This document shows, one piece after another, positions 1 through 8,230 of a DNA stretch of 64,000 nucleotides. The notes under the pieces were generated by a model that did not search any database, was not told the DNA's origin, and worked only from the letters and a program-made list of their open reading frames with translations. The translations under genes and the position numbers were made by a program. The stretch is from an uncultured Bacteroidaceae bacterium (GTDB taxonomy: Bacteria; Bacteroidota; Bacteroidia; Bacteroidales; Bacteroidaceae), in the NCBI GenBank assembly GCA_905235305.1, contig CAJOLC010000027.1, positions 13,458-77,457 of the forward strand. The letters run 5' to 3'. Numbering within the stretch: position 1 is the stretch's first letter; each line of letters starts with the position of its first letter.

Positions 1-1346
1 ACCATGATGCCATATTCGTCGCACAGCTCGTAGAAGCGGTCGCTCTCCGCTATGCCGCCTCCCCAGAGGCGCAGCAGGTTGATGCCGCATTGATTGGTGT
101 AGGCGAGCTCGGTCTCCATCCTTCGGTCGTCGGTGCGGAGCATTGCCTCGGGTATCCAATTGTTGCCCCTGACGAAAGTCTTATGCCCGTTCACGATGAA
201 GACCTTCGATTTGTCGGGCGTCTCGCGTGAGGCGATGACCTCCTTGATGCCGAAGCGTGTGGAGATTTTGTCCATTGTGTTGCCCTTGCCATCCTGGAGC
301 GTCAGCCGAAGCGTATAGAGGTGTTGGTCGCCCTTGTTCTTTGGCCACCAGAGTCTGGGGTTGTTTATGACGAGCTGCGGGTAGTCTTCCGGCGTGAAGG
401 TGACGACCGCGTGCTCTCCCCTTTGCAGGTTCATCTTCTTGGAAGCAAAGGTGATGCTGCTTCCGTCGCTGCCTTCGATGGTTCCGCTGACGGTGTACTC
501 TCCGCCATTCGTGCCGGGATTCCATACCTCGACGCTTACTGTCTCTCTCGCCACGTCGTAGTTCGGATGGGCAAGTTCCGAGGAGACGTAAGGGCTGCGG
601 AGTTGTTGGGGACCCGTTGCATAGAGGCGGACGGAGCGCCAGATGCCGGTGTTGCGGTCGCGGATGCCGTCCTCGTAGGTGAAGTCCCAGCCCACCGTCA
701 TCAGTTGCGTCACGTTTTGTCCGATCCAGCCGTCGCCTCCGTTGTGCCATTCACCGGCGGCTCCCCAGCTCTTCGGCATGGCGGAGCCGGGCACGTCTAC
801 GGGAAAGACGCGGATGGCGACAGCCGTTGTCTGCCCGGGCTTTACGCGGTCGGTGATGTCGAAGGGTTGGCTGTTGAACATGCCTGCCATATTGCCAATC
901 AGATAGCCGTTAGTCCATACCTCTGCCCTATAGTTGATGCCCATCGGCTCGAGCCAGATGCGTTTGCCCTCGTAGTCGGCTGGCACGGTGAACTCCGTAC
1001 GGAACCAATAGGTATAGAACTCCCTTCCTGCCTTCGCGATGTCGGGGATGAGGCCGTTCGCAATCTTGTTTGTCTGCCCGAAGTAAGGCTCGGGATAGAC
1101 CTTCTGCTCTACAAGGTTTGTCAGGACAGTGGCGGGCACGATGGCTTCTGCCCATCCTTGCGGACTGAATCCGGCCATTGAGATGTCTCGGCCGGTTGCC
1201 TTTGCCTCGCCGTCACGAATCATGTACCAGGTCTGGCTGCCTCCATGTCCGAGGCGGGAATCCAGGGTGATGCAGTCCTGCCGCTCGGAAGCCGTGGCGG
1301 GGAAGATGGCTGTGAGCATCAGAAGGGATAGGAGGATGTGTTTCAT
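1..1346 (-). CDS. glycoside hydrolase family 2-like enzyme (beta-mannosidase / exo-glucosaminidase type), first 448 codons; 3' end lies beyond the left edge
   Basis: Absent from the ORF track because it has no stop inside the window. My own minus-strand translation from ATG 1346 is open to base 1. It reads MKHILLSLLMLTAIFPATAS (signal peptide)...NNPRLWWPKNKGDQHLYTLRL...FIVNGHKTFVRGNNWIPE...INLLRLWGGGIAESDRFYELCDEYGIM, which are typical GH2 motifs. Confidence 0.8.
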   Translation of the reverse strand, partial: MKHILLSLLMLTAIFPATASERQDCITLDSRLGHGGSQTWYMIRDGEAKATGRDISMAGFSPQGWAEAIVPATVLTNLVEQKVYPEPYFGQTNKIANGLIPDIAKAGREFYTYWFRTEFTVPADYEGKRIWLEPMGINYRAEVWTNGYLIGNMAGMFNSQPFDITDRVKPGQTTAVAIRVFPVDVPGSAMPKSWGAAGEWHNGGDGWIGQNVTQLMTVGWDFTYEDGIRDRNTGIWRSVRLYATGPQQLRSPYVSSELAHPNYDVARETVSVEVWNPGTNGGEYTVSGTIEGSDGSSITFASKKMNLQRGEHAVVTFTPEDYPQLVINNPRLWWPKNKGDQHLYTLRLTLQDGKGNTMDKISTRFGIKEVIASRETPDKSKVFIVNGHKTFVRGNNWIPEAMLRTDDRRMETELAYTNQCGINLLRLWGGGIAESDRFYELCDEYGIM

Positions 1347-1380
1347 GTATGTTGTCTGTTTGATTATAGATTATGCCACG

Positions 1381-1388
1381 CAAAGATA
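1381..1388 (-). promoter_or_regulatory. Bacteroidetes -7 box TATCTTTG (TAnnTTTG) upstream of the GH2 gene
   Basis: Plus strand reads caaagata, 35 nt upstream of ATG 1346. Confidence 0.45.
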
Positions 1389-1484
1389 GGGAAAAGTTTG
1401 CACATTATGAAGCGGAAGCCTTAAAAACTTGCCTTATTTTGCTCTTTTCCGCTTTCCCCTTGCCTTCGGTAGGGAAAAGTTTAG

Positions 1485-1492
1485 TATCTTTG
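1485..1492 (+). promoter_or_regulatory. -7 box TATCTTTG upstream of birA
   Basis: Matches TAnnTTTG, 27 nt before ATG 1519. Confidence 0.45.
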
Positions 1493-1518
1493 CACTGACC
1501 TTTTGCAATAAAAGTGTA

Positions 1519-2313
1519 ATGGAGAAGCAATTCCGTCCGGACGATTCGCTGCCGTGCAGCATGATTGAGCTCGACGAGGTGGACTCTACAAACAGTTACC
1601 TGCGTGGACTCGATGTGCCGTGCGACCAGCGCCTGACGCTTGTGACGGCCGACTTCCAGACGTGCGGCAGGGGTTCCGGCACGAACCGTTGGGAGTCGGA
1701 AAAGGGCAAGAACCTCCTTTTCAGCCTTTGCCTGATGCCACGCAGGCTGCCTGTCCGGCGGATGTTCGCCATCTCGGAGGCCACGGCACTGGCGCTTGTC
1801 ACGGCTCTGACGAGTCTTGTGGAGGAGCAGGCCCCTGCCTGCAGCCCCTCTTTCACCATAAAGTGGCCCAACGACATCTACTATGGAGACAGCAAGGTGG
1901 CTGGGATGCTCATCGAGAACGACCTGCAGGGAGCACTGGTGCACCGCTCCGTCATAGGCATCGGACTCAACGTCAACCAGCGACGCTTCCTGAGCGATGC
2001 GCCCAATCCGCGCTCTTTGGCCGACATCGTGGGGCACGACCTCGGGCGACGTCGTGTGCTGGAGCGGTTCATGGAGCGTTTCGCGCACTACACCGACCTG
2101 CTCTGCGAGGGCAAGGACAGTGCCCTGGATGCCATGCACGAACACTACAAGGAGCACCTCTACCGCATGGGTGAAGAGCATAAATTTATCGATGAAATGG
2201 GCGATTTTTGCGCCAGGATAGTCGACGTCATGCCGTCGGGTCACCTCGTCCTCCAGGATTCGGATGGCAACATGCGACACTACGAGTTCAAACAAATTAA
2301 ATATGTGATATGA
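1519..2313 (+). CDS. birA: biotin--[acetyl-CoA-carboxylase] ligase
   Basis: ORF 1429..2313 trimmed to ATG 1519 (MEKQFRPDD). Motifs: ELDEVDSTNSYL, GRGSGTNRWES, KWPNDIYYGDSKVAGMLIEN. Confidence 0.85.
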   Translation: MEKQFRPDDSLPCSMIELDEVDSTNSYLRGLDVPCDQRLTLVTADFQTCGRGSGTNRWESEKGKNLLFSLCLMPRRLPVRRMFAISEATALALVTALTSLVEEQAPACSPSFTIKWPNDIYYGDSKVAGMLIENDLQGALVHRSVIGIGLNVNQRRFLSDAPNPRSLADIVGHDLGRRRVLERFMERFAHYTDLLCEGKDSALDAMHEHYKEHLYRMGEEHKFIDEMGDFCARIVDVMPSGHLVLQDSDGNMRHYEFKQIKYVI

Positions 2314-3017
2314 GATTCAAACGTATTCTTTTAAAACTCTCCGGCGAGAGCCTGATGGGAGAGCAGGGTTATGGCATCGACGTGAAACGCCTCGGCGAGT
2401 ATGCCACGCAGATTAAGGAGGCGGCCGACATGGGTGTGCAGATAGGCATCGTCATAGGCGGCGGCAACATCTTCCGCGGGCTGACGGGAGCAGGCAAGGG
2501 TTTCGACCGCGTCAAAGGCGACCAGATGGGCATGTGCGCCACGGTCATCAACTCGCTGGCACTGAGTAGTGCGCTCGATGCAGTAGGCCAGAAGAACCGC
2601 GTCATGACGGCGATCCGCATGGAGCCCATCGGTGAGTTCTACGGCAAATGGAAGGCCATCGAGGCTATGAACCGCGGCGAGGTGGTCATCTTCAGTGCCG
2701 GCACAGGCAGCCCATACTTCACGACGGACACGGGCTCCTCGCTCCGTGGCATCGAGATCGAGGCTGACGTCATGCTGAAAGGCACCCGCGTGGACGGCAT
2801 CTACACGGCAGACCCCGAGAAGGACCCTGCTGCAACGAAGTTCCACGACATAACCTACGAGGAAGTCATCGCGCGGAACCTCAAGGTGATGGACATTACG
2901 GCAACCGCCATGTGCATGCAAAACGACCTGCCCATCTACGTCTTCAACATGGATCAGGTGGGAAATCTCGGTCGCGTCCTCAGCGGCGAGGACATCGGCA
3001 CGCTGGTGCATAACTGA
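2310..3017 (+). CDS. pyrH: UMP kinase
   Basis: MRFKRILLKLSGESLMG...IVIGGGNIFRG...FSAGTGSPYFTTD. The start overlaps the birA stop (ATGA). Confidence 0.95.
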   Translation: MRFKRILLKLSGESLMGEQGYGIDVKRLGEYATQIKEAADMGVQIGIVIGGGNIFRGLTGAGKGFDRVKGDQMGMCATVINSLALSSALDAVGQKNRVMTAIRMEPIGEFYGKWKAIEAMNRGEVVIFSAGTGSPYFTTDTGSSLRGIEIEADVMLKGTRVDGIYTADPEKDPAATKFHDITYEEVIARNLKVMDITATAMCMQNDLPIYVFNMDQVGNLGRVLSGEDIGTLVHN

Positions 3018-3080
3018 TTCCGGCGTACTTCCCCAGGCATTCCAGCCTGCCGCATCGCTCATCCCCCTATACTGGGTTGC

Positions 3081-3170
3081 TTGCAGCATCATGAATATTC
3101 AATTGCAGGTTCATGATGCTGCAATTGCATATTCATGATGCTGCAACGAAGGCATACTATTGCGTCGTGC
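3081..3170. repeat. REP-like array of three 22-nt palindromic units plus a conserved flank (copy 1)
   Basis: TTGCAGCATCATGAA-TATTCAATTGCAGG-TTCATGATGCTGCAA-TTGCATA-TTCATGATGCTGCAA, then the flank ..CATACTATTGCGTCGTGC. The reverse complement matches 27388..27474. Confidence 0.8.
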
Positions 3171-3180
3171 AATCCAACAT

Positions 3181-3219
3181 AAAAAAAGAGGCGGAGACTC
3201 GTTGTGAGCCTCCGCCTCT
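3181..3219 (-). terminator. rho-independent terminator of the 1626-aa gene
   Basis: Stem AGAGGCGGAG (3187-3196) pairs with CTCCGCCTCT (3210-3219). On the minus strand the stem is followed by a T7 run (plus-strand A7 at 3181-3187). Confidence 0.8.
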
Positions 3220-3248
3220 GCTATGCCAGCTGAGTCGATGCAGTCAGC

Positions 3249-6200
3249 TTATTTGACCAGGACCTTCTTGCCGTTCACGATGTTGATGCCCCTCTGGAGC
3301 TTCTCCAGACGTTGTCCGGCCAGATTGTAGATGCCGTTGTTTGCAGCGGGCAACTCGTCGGCCTTGATGTCGTGGATGCCGTCGGGATCGACATTCGTGT
3401 AGGTTTCATCGTCGAGCCATACCTGCAGCGAGCTGTCCCAGAGTACGGGATAGTCGTCGGTGGCGAGCGTTTGGTACCAGTTAATCTCGCTCTGGTCGCC
3501 GTTCAGCTTGTAGCAGATCTCGCCGCTCTTCAGTTGGGCATCGGTGACGGTAGTAGACTGTTCGTTGTTCTCGCCGAAGCCTTTTGCAGCACTTCCCTCG
3601 AGCCAGTAGTTGTTCTCGAACTTGGAGTTGGCGTGGCTGCGCAAGCGTCCGATGATGGCACCACTGTAGGTGGGCGTTCCGCCATTTATGAGTCCGATGG
3701 TACCCACACTGAGTGAGTTCTTGACACCCACGAAGTTGTCGTTGTTGACATAGCCGCAGATGCCGCTCGCGTAGGCGTTGGATGCGGTGAAGAGTATGTC
3801 GCCGTAGTCCGCGCAGTTCTCGTAGGCGCAGTTAGTGTTAGAGTATCCGCCGATGCCTCCTATGCAGTCGTACGAGTTGTGCTTGTCGATGATGGTTCCC
3901 GAGAAGGAGCAGTTGTAGGCCTTGCTTCCATCGGCCATGTGACCGCAGATGCCGCCGATGTGGTGAGACGTACTGACGGAGGCGATGTCGAGCGTAGAGT
4001 GAACATTGCGGAAGGTAGTGCCTTCAGCCCATCCGATTGCGCCGTAGCCCGTTCCACCATTGTAGTTGAGGGCGCCGCTGATGCTGAAGTTCTGGATGGT
4101 GGCATTCTTGGCGTAGCCGAAGAAACCGCGCATGTCGCCCGAAAGGGTTGCAGTGTCGCAGAGAGCCACACCGTCTTCCTCGCCATACTGATATATGCCG
4201 TAGTTCAGGATCTTGTGGTTCTGTCCGTCGAACTCACCCGAGAAGGGCGCATCCTTAATGCCTATAGGATCGAAGTTCTCTATGTCCTTCATGTCAATAT
4301 CAGCCGTCAAGACAGCCTTGGCGTTGCTTTCTCCGGCACTTACCCTAAGCGAGAAGAGCTGCAGGTGCTTTGTGGTTGCCAGTTGGTAGACGCCGTTTAC
4401 GCTTGGTATCAGCCGACTCAGGATGTCCAGCTGCTCAGCAAGAGCCAAGGCCTCTTCCGTGGATACATTTCCGGAGATATAGCCCCCCTGTGCCTCTAAT
4501 GCCAGTTCACTGTACTTGTTGTAGTCCTCTTCATTGATGAAGTCCTGACTTAGCAGTCCGTCGATAATATCGTAGATGGCATTGGCTTTGTCAAGCATTG
4601 TGATGTAAGCCTTACGGCAATCGTAAACCTGATTGAAGAGATCCGAGAAGACATTGATGAGTGCTATCTTCTTCTCTCCGTCGGTTGCGCCCTCAACCCC
4701 ATTGATGGCTTCCTGGAGTTGCTTCTGAAGTGCCGTCGATATATTGGGATAGAGCACAAAGCTTTCATCCTCGCTCCAGAAGAAGTCCACGATAGTCTGG
4801 GCACGAGCCACATAGCCTTCCAGCACATCGGCAAGCTTCTCGTTTGCCTCCTCAGCAGTTCCCATGTAGTAGACATGTAGGCCGCCGAATGGCATCCAGT
4901 CTTTTGCCTGGCCGGTGCCAAGGTTGCGCATGCCGACAGTCAACGTGCCATCGGTCACCTCAGTAGCACAGAAGTTCTGGTAGCGACCAGCCTTGAATGC
5001 ATAGGAGCATCCATCGCGAGAGGTGGGAACCCAGCCAATGATGTCGCCCAGATACTGAGCGTCGCTGCCCTCTCCAAGACAGTTTACGTTAGGCTCTGCC
5101 TCGTCTTCAGGGATGGCATCTTCGCCAATGGACATGAAGTAGTTCACCGTGTTGTTCAGGTAAAGCTGGCCTGCATAGAACTGAGAGTAGATGTCGTCGC
5201 TGCTTCGGAACAGGCCGTTGATGTCCATCACGTAGATACCGTTCGGCATCTCAGTCAGAGTCTGGCTAACATTAGAGCTGTTATTGTTGTAAGTCTCAGC
5301 GATGGGCATAATCTCAGTCTTGCCTCCAACGGTGGCACTTCCGCCATCGTGCGCTTCATCCCATCCTTCGAATTTGTCCGCAAAGGTGGGATTGACGAGC
5401 AGACGGGTAATCTCGGTGCCGGAAGTAATGCCGCCTGCAATGGCATTCTCGAGCAATTGGTTGACGAAGGCAATCTCGTCTGTGATTGCCTTATCATCCA
5501 GTTGGCAATTCTCCATGATGTATGCGTAGCTGCCATTGGGATAGTCGTTGTTCGGCTCAATGGTTCCCTCAAGATACTCCTTGAGCAGGTCAGCCCATTC
5601 GCCTTCAAGCCCGTTCTCTTCCATATAGGTGGCTGCTGCCTCGCAAGCATTGACGTAAGCCACATAGTTCGCAGCAGAAGTCTTGATAGCTTCCTTCAGC
5701 TCGAGTGAAGCCTTGTATGCCGCCATGAAGTCATCGAGGTTGTCAATGTCTTCCCAAGTGCTAACCCTGTCTGCATACTCTTCGAGCAGTGCTGTGTATG
5801 CCACGGTGTTCTCAATGAAATCAGTCTCAGTGGCAATCACATTGTATTGGAACAAATCGAATGACGCACCATCGTCAGAGATGCAGGCATATCCGTTGGC
5901 AGTCTGGAAGACAATAGCTCCATCGCCATAAGGCAGGGGATAGTCCTCTTCTTCGATAGTCTGATGCCAGATGGGGTCAACGAACGATTCTTCATTCAGC
6001 TTCCAGCATATCTCACCGCTGGTAAGATCATATTTGGAAACCTCAATGGCTGCGTCGCCGTTTACCTTGCCGCCGCTTCCGTTGCCATTCACGAACTCGC
6101 CCTGATAATAGACATTGCTGAAGATAGAGTTGTTGCCGTTAATCTTACCGAAGAACTGTCCGTAGACGGCAGCCTTAGCCGTACCGATGGAGAGGCAGTT

Positions 6201-8129
6201 CTTGATGGTTGTCCTGCCACCGTTGTTGTAGCCTACAATGCCGCCGAAGGTGGAGCCGCCGGGTGACTCATGGTTATTAATGACAGTACCATCAAACAAG
6301 CAATTAGTGACGCCCAGGTAGCACTTGGAGTCGTTGTTGACGTAACCCACGATGCCTCCGTAGTTACCACTACCGCCTGAATCGTTGCCGTCCAGTGTGC
6401 CTGAGTAGGTACAGCCATCGACGTAAGCCTGATTGCCTATGATGGCACCAAGGATACCGCCTTGTCTGCCGCCGCTAGAGCTGTTATTGATGTTCACGAA
6501 GCTATGGACGTTGCGGATGGTGGGGGAGGTGGAAGACCCGGCAGCACCGTCGCGAGCATAGGCAACCGCACCGCCTGTGTACTGGACGTTGACGTTGAAT
6601 TCTCCGTAGATGTCGAAGTTCTCGATGAGAGCACCTGTAGAGATGACACCGAAGAGGCCGAAGAAGTTCTGCTTGGCAGTGGCGTTGAGATTGCGGATAG
6701 TATGGCCTTGTCCGTCGAAGTGGCCTCTGTAGGCAGCGTTAGCCGTGCCTCGCGTGTTGCCCCAGTCGCCGATGGGAGTCCAGACGAACTCTGTTCCCTT
6801 TTCCTCAGCCTCTGCAATCTTCTCTGCGAAGTCAATGTCGGCAGTCAGCACGACATTGAGGGTGTCTGCACCAGCGTTCACCTTTTGCTCGAACCATATC
6901 AGGTCTCCTGCCGTCGAGATCTCATAGTTTCCTTCGGCATTGGGCGTAAGGTAGTTCTCGTCGAATATGCCGCAGTAGGAGCAGAAGCCATCGACGATGT
7001 TATGTTCGTCCTGCAGGATAGCCTGAGGATCGTTGGTGTAGCTGACGTCGTCATACACGTCTCCGTTGCAATGCAAGCGTCCCACCATATAGACCTGTGC
7101 ATGGGTGTTGTCCAGGAGGGGTTGCTCGTCGGCTCCTATCGTTTGGTACCAACCGATGTTTGTCTGGTCGCCGTTGAGCCTGAAGGCTATCTCTCCGGTG
7201 GGAAGCTGCTCGGCGGTGAAGCAGGTGGCCTGTGTCAGGTTGACCGCTCCGTCGTTCTTTCCTGCTCCCGTAGCACTGCCTTCCAGCCAGCAGTTGCCAG
7301 TCAGTTTGTTCACATCGTGGCTCCTCAGACGGCCAACAATAGCACCGCCAAACGACGGAGCCAGTCCTTCTTCCTCTCCCGAGTCGAGGATGACCTGACC
7401 CATGTTGAGGCAACCTTGGACGTAGGAGGTGGTGTTGTTGAGATAACCGGCCACGCCTCCGGCTGCACAACCTTGGCTTTCGAAGGTGATGGTGCCGTAG
7501 TTTGCGCAGAACACGACACTGTCTCCGCCCAGATAGGATACGACGCCTGCGAAGTTGTCGGTGCTGCCTGCGGCCACATGCATTGTGCCGCTGAAGGTAC
7601 AGCCACTGATGGTGTTGCCGCCGCGGGCAGAGCCTACGACGCCGCCCACATGGTGTACGCCGCTCACGGGAACGTCAATGTCCAGCGAGGAGTGTATGTT
7701 TCGGATGATGCTGCTTGAGGGGTAGCCCACTACACCTGAGCCTGTGCCGGCTGTGGAGGTAAGGGTTCCGCTGATGCTGAAGTTCTGGATGGTGGCTCCG
7801 TTCGTGGTTCCGAAGAAGCCTCCTCCGTCGGTGTCGCTTTGGGCATCGAAGCCTGTAATCTTATGCCCTTGGCCGTCGAAGATGCCGGTGAAGCCAGAGA
7901 TGGTGTTCTCCCAAGGGTCTGTCAGGGCGATGTCTGCAGTCAGAATGGCGTTGGCGCCGCTCTCTCCTTCGTTCACCAAGTCGGCAAACGTCACCAGATC
8001 TTCGGCCGTGGCAATCTCGTAGTACGTCTTGCCGTCGATTTCCGTCTGGGTCAGACCTTCTGCCCACGCTTGCATTCCTGTAGAGCCAAGAAGGGCTGTC
8101 AGGAAAGGGAGTAGAATGTTTGGTTTCAT
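3249..8129 (-). CDS. 1626-aa secreted protein: three GLUG-type repeat modules, a ~500-aa unrelated insert, and a T9SS-type C-terminal tail
   Basis: Signal peptide MKPNILLPFLTALLGSTGMQAWA. FDGQGH(K/T)I and Gly-rich GG(V/I)(V/A)G turns occur three times. Ends NGIYNLAGQRLEKLQRGINIVNGKKVLVK. Confidence 0.85.
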   Translation of the reverse strand: MKPNILLPFLTALLGSTGMQAWAEGLTQTEIDGKTYYEIATAEDLVTFADLVNEGESGANAILTADIALTDPWENTISGFTGIFDGQGHKITGFDAQSDTDGGGFFGTTNGATIQNFSISGTLTSTAGTGSGVVGYPSSSIIRNIHSSLDIDVPVSGVHHVGGVVGSARGGNTISGCTFSGTMHVAAGSTDNFAGVVSYLGGDSVVFCANYGTITFESQGCAAGGVAGYLNNTTSYVQGCLNMGQVILDSGEEEGLAPSFGGAIVGRLRSHDVNKLTGNCWLEGSATGAGKNDGAVNLTQATCFTAEQLPTGEIAFRLNGDQTNIGWYQTIGADEQPLLDNTHAQVYMVGRLHCNGDVYDDVSYTNDPQAILQDEHNIVDGFCSYCGIFDENYLTPNAEGNYEISTAGDLIWFEQKVNAGADTLNVVLTADIDFAEKIAEAEEKGTEFVWTPIGDWGNTRGTANAAYRGHFDGQGHTIRNLNATAKQNFFGLFGVISTGALIENFDIYGEFNVNVQYTGGAVAYARDGAAGSSTSPTIRNVHSFVNINNSSSGGRQGGILGAIIGNQAYVDGCTYSGTLDGNDSGGSGNYGGIVGYVNNDSKCYLGVTNCLFDGTVINNHESPGGSTFGGIVGYNNGGRTTIKNCLSIGTAKAAVYGQFFGKINGNNSIFSNVYYQGEFVNGNGSGGKVNGDAAIEVSKYDLTSGEICWKLNEESFVDPIWHQTIEEEDYPLPYGDGAIVFQTANGYACISDDGASFDLFQYNVIATETDFIENTVAYTALLEEYADRVSTWEDIDNLDDFMAAYKASLELKEAIKTSAANYVAYVNACEAAATYMEENGLEGEWADLLKEYLEGTIEPNNDYPNGSYAYIMENCQLDDKAITDEIAFVNQLLENAIAGGITSGTEITRLLVNPTFADKFEGWDEAHDGGSATVGGKTEIMPIAETYNNNSSNVSQTLTEMPNGIYVMDINGLFRSSDDIYSQFYAGQLYLNNTVNYFMSIGEDAIPEDEAEPNVNCLGEGSDAQYLGDIIGWVPTSRDGCSYAFKAGRYQNFCATEVTDGTLTVGMRNLGTGQAKDWMPFGGLHVYYMGTAEEANEKLADVLEGYVARAQTIVDFFWSEDESFVLYPNISTALQKQLQEAINGVEGATDGEKKIALINVFSDLFNQVYDCRKAYITMLDKANAIYDIIDGLLSQDFINEEDYNKYSELALEAQGGYISGNVSTEEALALAEQLDILSRLIPSVNGVYQLATTKHLQLFSLRVSAGESNAKAVLTADIDMKDIENFDPIGIKDAPFSGEFDGQNHKILNYGIYQYGEEDGVALCDTATLSGDMRGFFGYAKNATIQNFSISGALNYNGGTGYGAIGWAEGTTFRNVHSTLDIASVSTSHHIGGICGHMADGSKAYNCSFSGTIIDKHNSYDCIGGIGGYSNTNCAYENCADYGDILFTASNAYASGICGYVNNDNFVGVKNSLSVGTIGLINGGTPTYSGAIIGRLRSHANSKFENNYWLEGSAAKGFGENNEQSTTVTDAQLKSGEICYKLNGDQSEINWYQTLATDDYPVLWDSSLQVWLDDETYTNVDPDGIHDIKADELPAANNGIYNLAGQRLEKLQRGINIVNGKKVLVK

Positions 8130-8177
8130 GTCTGTGTGTTTGTTAGTTTATGTTATGGTGATTCCTTGCTGAGGCAC

Positions 8178-8219
8178 ATGTATGCGTGTATGGCCCGGAA
8201 AGGTCGTACACGCATACAT
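8178..8219 (-). terminator. perfect 13-bp hairpin just 3' of the 854-aa gene (no U tract)
   Basis: ATGTATGCGTGTA (8178-8190) pairs with TACACGCATACAT (8207-8219), with a 16-nt loop. Confidence 0.5.
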
Positions 8220-8230
8220 TATATAATATA

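Noticed and set aside
1429-1518. N-terminal extensions in the ORF track: birA 1429, cysE 27395, EEP 34203, EEP-GLUG 14373, GTs 15778/16931/18004, fasciclin 17999, S9 24786, hypothetical 46703.
   Set aside because: In each case an internal ATG gives a canonical N-terminus (a signal peptide or the conserved first motif), abuts the upstream stop, or sits just downstream of a TAnnTTTG box. Several of the extensions also begin at non-ATG codons.
6462-7718. Long antisense ORFs opposite real genes: 6462..7718, 8186..9052, 12625..13950, 14318..15751, 16934..17920, 21647..22729, 47493..48620, 49581..50573, 52908..54221, 54795..55931, 60545..61882.
   Set aside because: Each lies entirely inside a well-supported gene on the other strand. 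They have Ala/Gly/Val/Arg-rich low-information sequence typical of GC-rich antisense frames. None has a signal peptide, a recognisable motif, or its own promoter box.
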